Source: Candidatus Calditenuaceae archaeon
GTDB taxonomy: Archaea > Thermoproteota > Nitrososphaeria_A > Caldarchaeales > Calditenuaceae
Assembly (NCBI GenBank): GCA_025058225.1
Contig: JANXEE010000024.1
Coordinates: forward strand, 1 to 25,729
Direction: 5' to 3'
DNA length: 25,729 nt
The notes below the pieces were generated by a model that worked only from the letters and a program-made list of their open reading frames with translations, did not search any database and was not told where the DNA came from. How positions within the stretch are numbered: position 1 is the first letter of the stretch; the number at the start of each line of letters is the position of its first letter. The position numbers and the translations under genes were made by a program. Below, piece by piece: positions 1 to 7,306 of this stretch.

Positions 1-789
1 GTCTATTCCCACGGTGGACTTCGACTGCATGCCGGTCGTCTTGTCCAGCGACTCCCCGAACATCATGCTGTCGATGAACTTCTGGTCCTTCAGGAGGTCG
101 TTGTACCTCGCCGGGTGGAGGAAGCACCTGTAACTGGTGTACGAAGGCGTCAGGTCCCGGCCGTCTATCGAAGCTCGAAGGTCCAGAAGGTGATCCAGCC
201 TAAGGGGCCCGCTCACCGTCATGTCCTCCGCGACCTCCGCCGATCCGAGCGAGTCGTAGAGACCGTAGACGTACTCGGTGGCCTTGACCATGATCGCTTC
301 GCCGACGCTCCTCGTGTAGGCCTCGATAACTTGCCAGTTGGCCGAGTTGAGGAAGCTCACGTCCCACAGGACTCTAGCCCTTATCCTGCGTCCATCGGCA
401 TCGAGGTCGGTGTCTATCTCGATGTACCGGGGCGGCGTGGAGACGTCCGGGGTGACCGCGCCCTTGGCGTCGAAGAGGGCCTGAATCCTCGGCACCAGCG
501 GAACCTTCGCCTTCGCCTCCCTCACCTCGTACCACGTTCCCATCGCCCGCCAGACCTGCTTCGGGTACGCTGCATCGATCACCTGCCTGACGACCTCCGC
601 GACCGCCCCAGCGTCGCTGCTGGTCAACGTATGCTTCGCCCAGTACTGAACGAACTTGTTGCCCGTCGCCTTCTTCGGGATGTGGCTGAGGATCTGGGAG
701 TCGACATCGAGCATCGAGTAGCACTTCCTGCTCAACAGCCCCGGGTAGATCGACGCCAGCTCGACAAGCCTGGACTTGAGCTCCTCCAT
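1..789 (-). CDS. HK97-fold major capsid protein, N-terminal 263 codons (3' end runs off the left window edge)
   Basis: Absent from the supplied ORF track because it is edge-truncated. I checked every plus-strand triplet 1-3, 4-6 ... 787-789 and found no TTA/CTA/TCA, so the minus frame is open. ATG is at 789-787. Translation: MEELKSRLVELASIYPGLL...NWQVIEAYTRSVGEAIMVKATEYVYGLY...LRLDHLLDLRASIDGRDLTPSYTSYRCFLHPARYNDLLKDQKFIDSMMFGES. The block FLHPARYNDLLKD parallels the HK97 gp5 region VLNPRDWHNIALLKD. It is the last visible gene of the portal operon. The start overlaps the upstream stop (TGATG), and GGGTGGTG lies about 9 nt upstream. Confidence 0.8.
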   Translation of the reverse strand, partial: MEELKSRLVELASIYPGLLSRKCYSMLDVDSQILSHIPKKATGNKFVQYWAKHTLTSSDAGAVAEVVRQVIDAAYPKQVWRAMGTWYEVREAKAKVPLVPRIQALFDAKGAVTPDVSTPPRYIEIDTDLDADGRRIRARVLWDVSFLNSANWQVIEAYTRSVGEAIMVKATEYVYGLYDSLGSAEVAEDMTVSGPLRLDHLLDLRASIDGRDLTPSYTSYRCFLHPARYNDLLKDQKFIDSMMFGESLDKTTGMQSKSTVGID

Positions 790-1253
790 CAAAGCAGCAC
801 CACCCTGATCTCCTCACCAGAGGAAGAGGCCTCGTCGAGCGCTATTCCCGAGACGCTCCGGGTCTCCAGAGCCACCGCGTCTGAGGCTGAGGCCGAGTAG
901 TTCTGCGGATGGGAGGGCGCATTGACCTGCACGAACCCTCCTGCTCCCGCTGCGACGAGGCTCCCCCTCTGAACCGATGACGCCGCCTTCACCCTCACAA
1001 CGTTGCCGACGAAGACCACAGCGCGCGTCCCCCTAGCTCCTGGCTCGAGCTCCTGACCCTCTGCGAAGATCGCCACAGCCCTCTTCCCGACGGTCGTCGA
1101 CGGCCTCAGGACCGTGTCCTCTTCACTCACCACCAGCGGCTCGCCACCTCTCAGTACCACGCTCGAGACGTTGTGGACGTCGTAGCTCGCCACCTCACCG
1201 GCTCTCCAGAGCAGGGTTCCGGCCCTGCCTATACCCTCAGGTGCAGGCACCAC
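789..1253 (-). CDS. small head-module protein, DUF2190-like (head decoration / scaffold position)
   Basis: 154-aa ORF directly upstream of the capsid gene. GTG start at 1253 is preceded by AAGGAGGTGG. The pattern GEPLVV..AVAIFAEG..AVVFVGNVVRVKAASSVQRGSLVAAGAGGFVQV...SGIALDEASSSGEEIRVVLL resembles the Gly/Val-rich beta-protein family (DUF2190) commonly found between protease and capsid genes in lambda/HK97-like head modules. Family assignment is from memory, not searched. Confidence 0.5.
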   Translation of the reverse strand: MVPAPEGIGRAGTLLWRAGEVASYDVHNVSSVVLRGGEPLVVSEEDTVLRPSTTVGKRAVAIFAEGQELEPGARGTRAVVFVGNVVRVKAASSVQRGSLVAAGAGGFVQVNAPSHPQNYSASASDAVALETRSVSGIALDEASSSGEEIRVVLL

Positions 1254-2289
1254 ATACCACCTCCTTCGCGCCCGAGGTCTTCAGCCCCGGGCATTTCGAG
1301 AGGTGCTCCCTGAGGAGCCTGACCACGTTCAGGAAGTAAGCCCTGTGAACTCTCGGTGCCTCCGGTGACGCGATCAGCCCGACGAGGTAGGAGTGTTGGC
1401 ACGACCTCACCTCTCGCTCCAGTCTCCTCATCATGTCTCTCAGTACGTAGGTGGGGACGTGGGTCGGCACCTCAGTCTCGAGGCTGCTGAGGAAGTTTGA
1501 GTGATCGCAGTGTTCACGGGAGCTGGTCTGAGACGCGATCGTGGCCGATGGAGGATGAAGGCCCGCCAACCAGGTCAGCGAGGGCGAGACTAGTCCCGCG
1601 AGGCTGTCGTGCCGGAGCAGCTGGGAGGTGGAGATCCGCTCTACCCCCGTCCCCTCGAAGGCAGGTTCAAGCTCCAGGCAGAGCGACAGCGCCGCGAAGT
1701 GGACTCCCCTTCTCTCACAGACTCTCTCAGCGTCGGTCGCAGAGCAGGACTCGCTCCTCGCCCACTCGACGACGCTTGCACCCCTGAAGGCCCCTGACAG
1801 TGCCAGCCCGTGAACCCTGGGGTCATCGAGGACAGCGATGGCCTCAAGCCGATCGTCCTCAGCCTCAGCGTCGAGCACCGTGCCGGCCCATCTGGTGACG
1901 TCTATGCCCCACTTCTCGATGTAGGCCTCAGCCACCTCCGGGAAGAGGAGCGCGATGGGTGTGGGGAAGAGCAGGTGGTCGATGTCGATGGGCTTGAGGG
2001 CCAGAGTCCTCGCGGCCCTGATCAGCTCCTCCCCCGAGATGAGGTAGGAGGGGTCGCCTCTGCTCCTACCAGCCCTGACAGCTACGACCTTCAGTACCCT
2101 CTCGCGGAGAGCGCCCGCTGGAACCCAGCTGAAGGAGTGGGAGACCACATGGGCGTGGCCCGTTTCGGAGGACCTTATCAGCTCAGCCAGCTCCCTCGCT
2201 CTGGACCTGGTCTCAGCGTTCTCGTATCCCTTCGATGCGATAAGCTTCAGGAGCTCCCTCCTCACGACGCCGACATCGCGGGGCGTCAT
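1237..2289 (-). CDS. hypothetical head-module protein (positional candidate for maturation protease, scaffold or minor head protein)
   Basis: 350-aa ORF between portal and the DUF2190-like gene. ATG at 2289 is preceded by GAGGTGGT and lies 1 nt after the portal stop. Its 3' end overlaps the next gene by 17 nt. I recognise no catalytic motif with confidence, so the function is positional inference only. Confidence 0.6.
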   Translation of the reverse strand: MTPRDVGVVRRELLKLIASKGYENAETRSRARELAELIRSSETGHAHVVSHSFSWVPAGALRERVLKVVAVRAGRSRGDPSYLISGEELIRAARTLALKPIDIDHLLFPTPIALLFPEVAEAYIEKWGIDVTRWAGTVLDAEAEDDRLEAIAVLDDPRVHGLALSGAFRGASVVEWARSESCSATDAERVCERRGVHFAALSLCLELEPAFEGTGVERISTSQLLRHDSLAGLVSPSLTWLAGLHPPSATIASQTSSREHCDHSNFLSSLETEVPTHVPTYVLRDMMRRLEREVRSCQHSYLVGLIASPEAPRVHRAYFLNVVRLLREHLSKCPGLKTSGAKEVVCGACT

Positions 2290-2290
2290 G

Positions 2291-3535
2291 CTACCACCTC
2301 TGCTCCCTCAACACCCCTCCGGAGAGGCAGTAGGTCCGCGTCGAAGAACCGCCCGAGTCGTCCTGAAGCCTCCACCCCGCGAGCCTCAGCATCTCCCTCG
2401 CCTCCTCGATCGATATGATGGGAGGGTTGCGCTCATCTCCCCTTGCGGCCGCGAGCACGTCCTTCACGTCCCACGACGGCGACTGCGGCTCCCCGAACAT
2501 CACCCTCACGCTCGACTGTCCGGAGTCAATTCCGTGCTGCCCTAGGACCAACCCGATGATCTCCTCGTACTGCGAGCTCAGGAAATCCCTGAGCAGAGCC
2601 ACCTCCGGCTCCAAAGTCTCGATGGCAGCCTGAGCGCTGGCGTAGGTGAACCCGGTGTAAGTTATCAGACGTATCAGGGGATTCCTGAGACCGGTGACGA
2701 CCTGCCTGTCGAGATGCTCTATCAGCTCGTAGAACCTAGTCTTCGAATCGACCTTCACCTCAAGTTGCTTCAGGTCGAAGTCCACGACGAGGTCCTGTCC
2801 GACCACAGCCTGCTCGTATGCTTCCTTGAACGAGTCCCTCGCGGCCCTCGGAACGATGAAGACGCTCCTCTGCGGGTACTTCTCGACGAGGATGCGGGCT
2901 GCGTTGTCGATCCTCTCCTTCACCTCCAGAAGGGATGGCCTCCTTACGGTCTTGCCCCTGACCGGGTACCCTACGCCGGGCCTGACCAGGTGGTTGATCA
3001 GCCCCTCACCGAAGGCACCCTCGTTGATCGGGTTGAAGCGGAGATGCCAGACCTCCTCCGCATCCAACTCGACGACCCTGCCGTGCCAGCTCTGAACGTA
3101 CCTCATCGCTCTGCCATCGGGGGCCCTGATGACCGCCCTGATGCTCGAAAGGGGAACGTAGTGAAGCGTGTTGACCCTTCCCTTCGGAACGAGGTTGATG
3201 AACGCGTTGCCGCTGAGGACGACGTCCCTCGCGACCTTCACGTGCAGGTCCGCGAACCTGTTCCGCCTGAGGAAGGAGTCCACAACCCTGAGCAGCTCCC
3301 TGTCCTCGCCGACGAGGTAGTATCTGGCCCCTATCCTGGCCACGATCGAGTCCACAGCGAACTTGACGTAGCTGTCCCTTCTGTACCACTCGACCAGCAG
3401 GTCGAAGTCCGGGTCCGAGTACTCACGATGGTGATAGTCAGCTGAGCCCAAAACACTGGGCTGATAAGGGACGTTGCTCGGCTCCTCTTTCCGTTGAGCC
3501 GCTCTCGCCAGCGCCCTCATCGCTTGCCTCAGCAT
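2291..3535 (-). CDS. phage/virus portal protein (HK97-type portal family)
   Basis: 414-aa ORF of portal-like size and pattern (...YRRDSYVKFAVDSIVARIGARYYLVGED...VLSGNAFINLV...). It is the first gene of an operon followed by head proteins and an HK97-fold capsid protein. ATG is at 3535. Confidence 0.75.
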   Translation of the reverse strand: MLRQAMRALARAAQRKEEPSNVPYQPSVLGSADYHHREYSDPDFDLLVEWYRRDSYVKFAVDSIVARIGARYYLVGEDRELLRVVDSFLRRNRFADLHVKVARDVVLSGNAFINLVPKGRVNTLHYVPLSSIRAVIRAPDGRAMRYVQSWHGRVVELDAEEVWHLRFNPINEGAFGEGLINHLVRPGVGYPVRGKTVRRPSLLEVKERIDNAARILVEKYPQRSVFIVPRAARDSFKEAYEQAVVGQDLVVDFDLKQLEVKVDSKTRFYELIEHLDRQVVTGLRNPLIRLITYTGFTYASAQAAIETLEPEVALLRDFLSSQYEEIIGLVLGQHGIDSGQSSVRVMFGEPQSPSWDVKDVLAAARGDERNPPIISIEEAREMLRLAGWRLQDDSGGSSTRTYCLSGGVLREQRW

Positions 3536-3703
3536 GCCGGTTCCTGTGATCGGCGGAACTTCATTTTTCTGTTAAAACTAACAAATTTAGCAAATCTGAG
3601 ACAACGGGAACTATTACTCGCGTGTGACACAGATAATATTCCTTGAATGCAACGACGGTTATCGAAGTACAACGATATCATGATTAGATTACGTTCACGA
3701 AAC
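3536..3703. promoter_or_regulatory. AT-rich divergent control region between head operon (minus) and RHH/tail operon (plus)
   Basis: 168 bp that is markedly AT-rich in a GC-rich context. TATA-like stretches are GTTAAAAC at 3571-3578 and ATAATATT at 3633-3640. Direct repeat CAAAT(N4)CAAAT is at 3582-3595 with an AAATTT palindrome core at 3584-3589. Hairpin GTTCC(N10)GGAAC at 3540-3559 sits just upstream of the portal ATG. Confidence 0.5.
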
Positions 3704-3898
3704 ATGCCGGGATATCACGTTACGATCTACGTCGAGGAGGAACTTCTCAGAAGGATAGAGGAGGCGAGGGGAGAAGTTCCGAGGAGCAGGTTCATCGTCA
3801 AGCTGATAAAATTGGGTATGAACGTGTTAGAGGATGACAAGGGGGGATCGCAGAGGAGTCAAACGAGGTTTACACCCTATAGAAAAAATGTATTATGA
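3704..3898 (+). CDS. ribbon-helix-helix (CopG/Arc/MetJ-like) transcription regulator
   Basis: MPGYHVTIYVEEELLRRIEEARGEVPRSRFIVKLIKLGMNVLE has the N-terminal beta-strand plus two helices typical of RHH proteins. The track ORF starts at 3647. In-frame ATGs at 3680 and 3704 fit RHH architecture better, and the exact start is uncertain. Confidence 0.65.
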   Translation: MPGYHVTIYVEEELLRRIEEARGEVPRSRFIVKLIKLGMNVLEDDKGGSQRSQTRFTPYRKNVL

Positions 3899-3946
3899 TA
3901 ATTGTAACAGCGAACAGAAATTTCCCCTGTTGTGCAATCATATGCG

Positions 3947-4870
3947 ATGAGGTACGTCGGAGTGGGGAGGGAGTCGTCACAGGGAAATCCGGTATCGCCG
4001 CAGTCCTATATGGATCCAAGGAGGGTAGAAGCCAGCCCCATAGTCGAGGATCAGGTGATAAACACGCTGTCGAGCAGGTTCCCGAAGCTGAAGCACCTCG
4101 GGGGAGTGAGGGTGGAGGGAGAGATAGAGGGGCTCTTCGGGCCGGACTCGTTCTCGATGCTGGTGCTCAGTATGGTCTTGGGGAAGGTTCAGTCGACAGC
4201 CTCGGAGGGTTACAGCGTCCACAACTTCAGCCCGCTGGAGATAGGAGAGGTGCCGAACACGTACACCGTTGAACTGTGCGACGAGGGAATAGCCAGGGTA
4301 ATCGTTGGGGCCTTCGGTGACTCGATGGAGCTGAACCTGAGGCCGGACGAACCGGTCTCCGCGTCGTTGTCGTTTCTGGCACTGAACGAGCTTCAGGGCA
4401 CTCCTAGGACTCCGACATTCTCCAGAGTTCATCCGGTGAGGCCCGAGGACGTGGTCTGCCTGATCGGTGGACAAGCTGTAGAGTTGGACGAGCTGACGCT
4501 GAAGCTCGAGAACGACCTTTCAACGGACCATTACACGATAGGCTCGAGGACGTTACCCCGACACGAACTGGGGGAGTTCAGCGTCGCTGGGACCTTCTCC
4601 GCGAGGTTCAGGAGCAGGTCCCACCTGGACAGGTTCCTGAACGGCCAGGAAACTTCTCTCTCGATAAGGATGAGGAGCGGCACCGTCGCTGCGGGCATCG
4701 ACAGAGAAGTGGTCGTCGAGCTTCCGAGAGTCTACTACTCGACTTGGAGCTGCGAGGTGGTACCCTCCGAGAGGTCGGTGCAGGAGGTGGAGTTCAGGGC
4801 CCTGGCGACCTCGGCCGGCGACCCCCCGGTCAGGTTCAGAGTCCAGACAGAGGAGCAGTTACCGGGGTGA
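3947..4870 (+). CDS. major tail (tail tube) protein, siphovirus-like
   Basis: About 307 aa, immediately upstream of a small chaperone-like ORF and the tape measure gene. The segment GGVRVEGEIEGLFGPDSFSMLVLSMVLGKV...HNFSPLE...TYTVEL resembles tail tube protein families. The first ATG in the ORF is at 3947; the track start at 3932 is GTG. Confidence 0.55.
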   Translation: MRYVGVGRESSQGNPVSPQSYMDPRRVEASPIVEDQVINTLSSRFPKLKHLGGVRVEGEIEGLFGPDSFSMLVLSMVLGKVQSTASEGYSVHNFSPLEIGEVPNTYTVELCDEGIARVIVGAFGDSMELNLRPDEPVSASLSFLALNELQGTPRTPTFSRVHPVRPEDVVCLIGGQAVELDELTLKLENDLSTDHYTIGSRTLPRHELGEFSVAGTFSARFRSRSHLDRFLNGQETSLSIRMRSGTVAAGIDREVVVELPRVYYSTWSCEVVPSERSVQEVEFRALATSAGDPPVRFRVQTEEQLPG

Positions 4871-4874
4871 GGCG

Positions 4875-5162
4875 ATGACCCACAGGATCGAGGTGAACGG
4901 CAGGCCCTACACGGTGAGGTTGAGGGCGAGGGCATGGCCCCACCTCCAGACCCTTGCGAGGGCGCTGACCGAGACGCCTCCCAGCGACGACAGGATTGAC
5001 CTAGCAGAGAGGAGGGTCCTCGAACTCTGCGTGGAACCCTACCCGGAGGGCGATGAGGACGTGGTGCTGGCGAAGTTGATGGCCCTCTACGCCTCGCTGA
5101 TGAGGGAGGCGGCCGCGAGCTTTCGGGAGGAGGGAGATGCTGGCACTGGGAAGGGTGGCTGA
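4875..5162 (+). CDS. tail assembly chaperone-like protein (gpG position)
   Basis: 95-aa acidic ORF (MTHRIEVNGRPYTVRLRARAW...) directly after the tail tube gene. GGTGAGG precedes the ATG. The call is mainly positional. Confidence 0.45.
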   Translation: MTHRIEVNGRPYTVRLRARAWPHLQTLARALTETPPSDDRIDLAERRVLELCVEPYPEGDEDVVLAKLMALYASLMREAAASFREEGDAGTGKGG

Positions 5163-5286
5163 GCGGTTCGGGAGGAGGCCATCGGAGATGCTGAGGGGGA
5201 GGATGGAGGACCTGATACTGGACGTGTTGGTCGCGAGGGAGCTGGCCCATGAGGAGGCGAGGAGGTGGAGGTCGTTCAGGAGGTAA
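5137..5286 (+). CDS. small overlapping ORF (49 aa), possible chaperone extension or independent small gene
   Basis: Below the track size cutoff. The frame is open from 5104. ATG at 5137 is preceded by GAGGAGGGAG. Translation: MLALGRVAERFGRRPSEMLRGRMEDLILDVLVARELAHEEARRWRSFRR. It overlaps the 3' end of 4875..5162 (+1 frame relative to it) and the 5' end of 5265..5684. Confidence 0.3.
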   Translation: MLALGRVAERFGRRPSEMLRGRMEDLILDVLVARELAHEEARRWRSFRR

Positions 5287-5684
5287 GGGTCCACGGCCTC
5301 AAGGAGGCGCTGAGGGCCCTGAGCGCTGAAGCTCTGTCGAGATCGGAGGGCCTGCTGGTGGAATCTCTGGCCAAATTGTCGGCCTCGAGGGCGTCGTCCT
5401 ACTCGCCGAAGAGGACCGGAAAGCTCGCGGCCAGCATCTCGGTCAGAAGGTTGAGCGGAATGAGGTTCTCCGTCACACCGGGTGTGAGCTACTGGCCCTA
5501 CTTGGAGTTCGGAGTGAGGCCGTTCGAGCTGAACTCACGGGTCTACATCCAGGACGTAGGTTTCAGACACGTCCATGTCCACCCCGGGATAAGGCCTCAT
5601 CGATTCCTGAGGAGGGCGGCCAGCGAGTCCCTGCGCGAGTTGGGAAAGCTGGCGAGGTCGTTGCTTCGTGAGCGAGTCGTATAG
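5265..5684 (+). CDS. HK97 gp10-like head-tail/tail completion protein
   Basis: The 139-aa product contains KRTGKLAASISV...VSYWPYLEFG, matching the TG.L..SI ... Y...(V/L)EFG signature of the HK97 gp10 family. GTG start is preceded by GAGGAGG. Confidence 0.65.
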   Translation: MEVVQEVRVHGLKEALRALSAEALSRSEGLLVESLAKLSASRASSYSPKRTGKLAASISVRRLSGMRFSVTPGVSYWPYLEFGVRPFELNSRVYIQDVGFRHVHVHPGIRPHRFLRRAASESLRELGKLARSLLRERVV

Positions 5685-7263
5685 GATAGGAATAGAGTTC
5701 GTTGGAAGGGACGACGCAACGGATGAGATCGCATCGGTCTCTGAGGGGCTCAGGAGGCTCGGAGAGGCAAACGAGGAGCTGGTCTCGAGGGCGAAGGAGG
5801 TGGTCAGGCAGTCAAAGGAGCAGAAGACGGTCCTGAGGGCTGTTCAGGAGGAGTCGCAGGTCTTCGGGGAGAGGGCGCAGTTCGTGGCGAGGCAGCTCAA
5901 CGAGGTCTCGGGGCTCGGCTCGTCGCTCTCCAGGATCATTACGTCCCTCGACGCCTCGATGACCAGGCTCCACACGGCCCAGTTGGTCCTCGCGTCGGCT
6001 CAAGAGAGGCAGACTGCTCTCCTCAGGGAGCTCAACGCCCAGTTCGGGCTACAGGCGTCATCGGTCGAGGAGGCCGGACAGGCCCTGAGGAGGATGCTGG
6101 AGACAGGTGAGGCGAGCGGACCCGTTGCGGAGCGGGTCAAGACGGCTTTGAAGGGCGTTGAGGAGGTGCAGAAGCAGCTGCAGAAGGCCAGCAGCGACGT
6201 CGAGTCGTCGTTGAGGAACTTCCAGGCCCAGCTGGTCGCCGTGGGACTGAGCTCGATCGAGCTGGTCCCGAAGTTCATGTCTGTCGTTAACGGTCTCTCG
6301 GCTGTCGTTTCGATGTCACCGGCGCTGAGCTCCGCGCTGAGTCTGGTGAGGGGAGCGTTCACGGCGCTCTACGCCTCCATGGGCCCCGTGGGGTTGGTAC
6401 TGATGGGCATAGGCACAGCGGCTGCGTTGCTCGTCGCGAACTGGGAGAAGGTCGCACCGGTGTTCGAGGGCGTAGCGTCAACAGTTGGGTCGGCGCTGGG
6501 TCCGGCGCTAGAGTGGCTGCTGAACAACGTCCTCTCACCGATAGCCACGTTCCTGACATCGATGCTGGCGACGGCCCTCGAATGGGTCACCGGTCAGCTG
6601 CACACCTTCTCGATGATCGCTGAGGCCCTCTCAATGGGGCTGACGTGGCTCTGGAAGAACGTGCTCGAACCCCTGGCAGGGTTCCTCGTCGGCCAGCTAG
6701 TCAACTCGTTCCTGATTACTTCTGGATTAGTTGAAGGGGCCACTGGGGTCCTCAGCGAACTCGGCGAGACAGCCGAGTGGGTTTGGAACAACGCGCTGGT
6801 GCCCCTAGCTCAGTTCGTCGCCGAGCAGGCCGTTGCGGCTTTGAGGGCCTTCGGTCAGGCTCTGGGCTGGCTCTCCGAAGCAGCTCGTAACACGTTCTCA
6901 GCGATTCACAGGGCCGCTGAGTCCCTCCTCAAACCGGTGCTGGACCTCATCAACTCGGTGGTCTCGGGAATACGGTCAGCGTTCGCGTGGCTTCACGATC
7001 AGCTGGTAGGCCACTCCATCGTCCCAGAGCTCTGGAAGGAGGTCGTGCGTTGGACCGAATGGGGATACGGTGAGACCTTGGAGACGATGGGGAGGCTCCT
7101 CTCGTCGCTCGACGCAGCAGGCTCAGGGCCGTCGCGTTCGATAACGCTGAACGTCACGCTGAACGTTAACGCACCGTCAACCGGAGAGATGGACTGGGAG
7201 AGCGTTGCCGAGATGGTCAGCAGGGCCATGCTCCACAGGATCAGGATGGCAGGGCCCCTCTGA
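5668..7263 (+). CDS. tail tape measure protein
   Basis: 531 aa. The N-terminal third is coiled-coil-like (EANEELVSRAKEVV..., QKQLQKASSDVESSLRNFQAQL). The central part is hydrophobic with periodic Trp-containing repeats. It sits downstream of the tube and chaperone genes. GTG start has GAGGT 9 nt upstream and overlaps the gp10-like gene by 17 nt. Confidence 0.8.
   Translation: MSESYRIGIEFVGRDDATDEIASVSEGLRRLGEANEELVSRAKEVVRQSKEQKTVLRAVQEESQVFGERAQFVARQLNEVSGLGSSLSRIITSLDASMTRLHTAQLVLASAQERQTALLRELNAQFGLQASSVEEAGQALRRMLETGEASGPVAERVKTALKGVEEVQKQLQKASSDVESSLRNFQAQLVAVGLSSIELVPKFMSVVNGLSAVVSMSPALSSALSLVRGAFTALYASMGPVGLVLMGIGTAAALLVANWEKVAPVFEGVASTVGSALGPALEWLLNNVLSPIATFLTSMLATALEWVTGQLHTFSMIAEALSMGLTWLWKNVLEPLAGFLVGQLVNSFLITSGLVEGATGVLSELGETAEWVWNNALVPLAQFVAEQAVAALRAFGQALGWLSEAARNTFSAIHRAAESLLKPVLDLINSVVSGIRSAFAWLHDQLVGHSIVPELWKEVVRWTEWGYGETLETMGRLLSSLDAAGSGPSRSITLNVTLNVNAPSTGEMDWESVAEMVSRAMLHRIRMAGPL
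6508..6819 (+). repeat. three 16-aa Trp-repeats with an exact 44-aa period inside the tape measure gene
   Basis: LEWLLNNVLSPIATFL (aa 281-296, nt 6508-6555), LTWLWKNVLEPLAGFL (aa 325-340, nt 6640-6687) and AEWVWNNALVPLAQFV (aa 369-384, nt 6772-6819). A half-period copy ALEWVTGQLHTF starts at aa 303. Confidence 0.8.
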
Positions 7264-7306
7264 GGGCTACGAGTCGTTTATCTCTGGGCGGTTGAGACTC
7301 GAATCG

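Noticed and set aside
115-900. Track ORFs 115..900(+) and 374..817(-), 261 and 147 aa
   Set aside because: Both overlap the open minus-strand capsid frame (1..789). Their products are Arg/Pro/Gly-rich low-complexity sequences typical of off-frame or antisense reading of GC-rich genes, whereas the capsid frame has recognisable homology.
5102-5194. Canonical -1 frameshift extension of the chaperone-like gene
   Set aside because: The -1 frame terminates at TGA 5192-5194, adding only about 10 residues beyond the zero-frame stop. I saw no XXXYYYZ slippery heptamer in the zero frame near the 3' end. Only the +1 frame gives a substantial extension, and that is reported as a finding.
7205-7306. Upstream extension of the thpR ORF overlapping the tape measure 3' end
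   Set aside because: The extension (MPRWSAGPCSTGSGWQG...) has no counterpart in 2H phosphoesterases. The homologous region begins right after ATG 7307.
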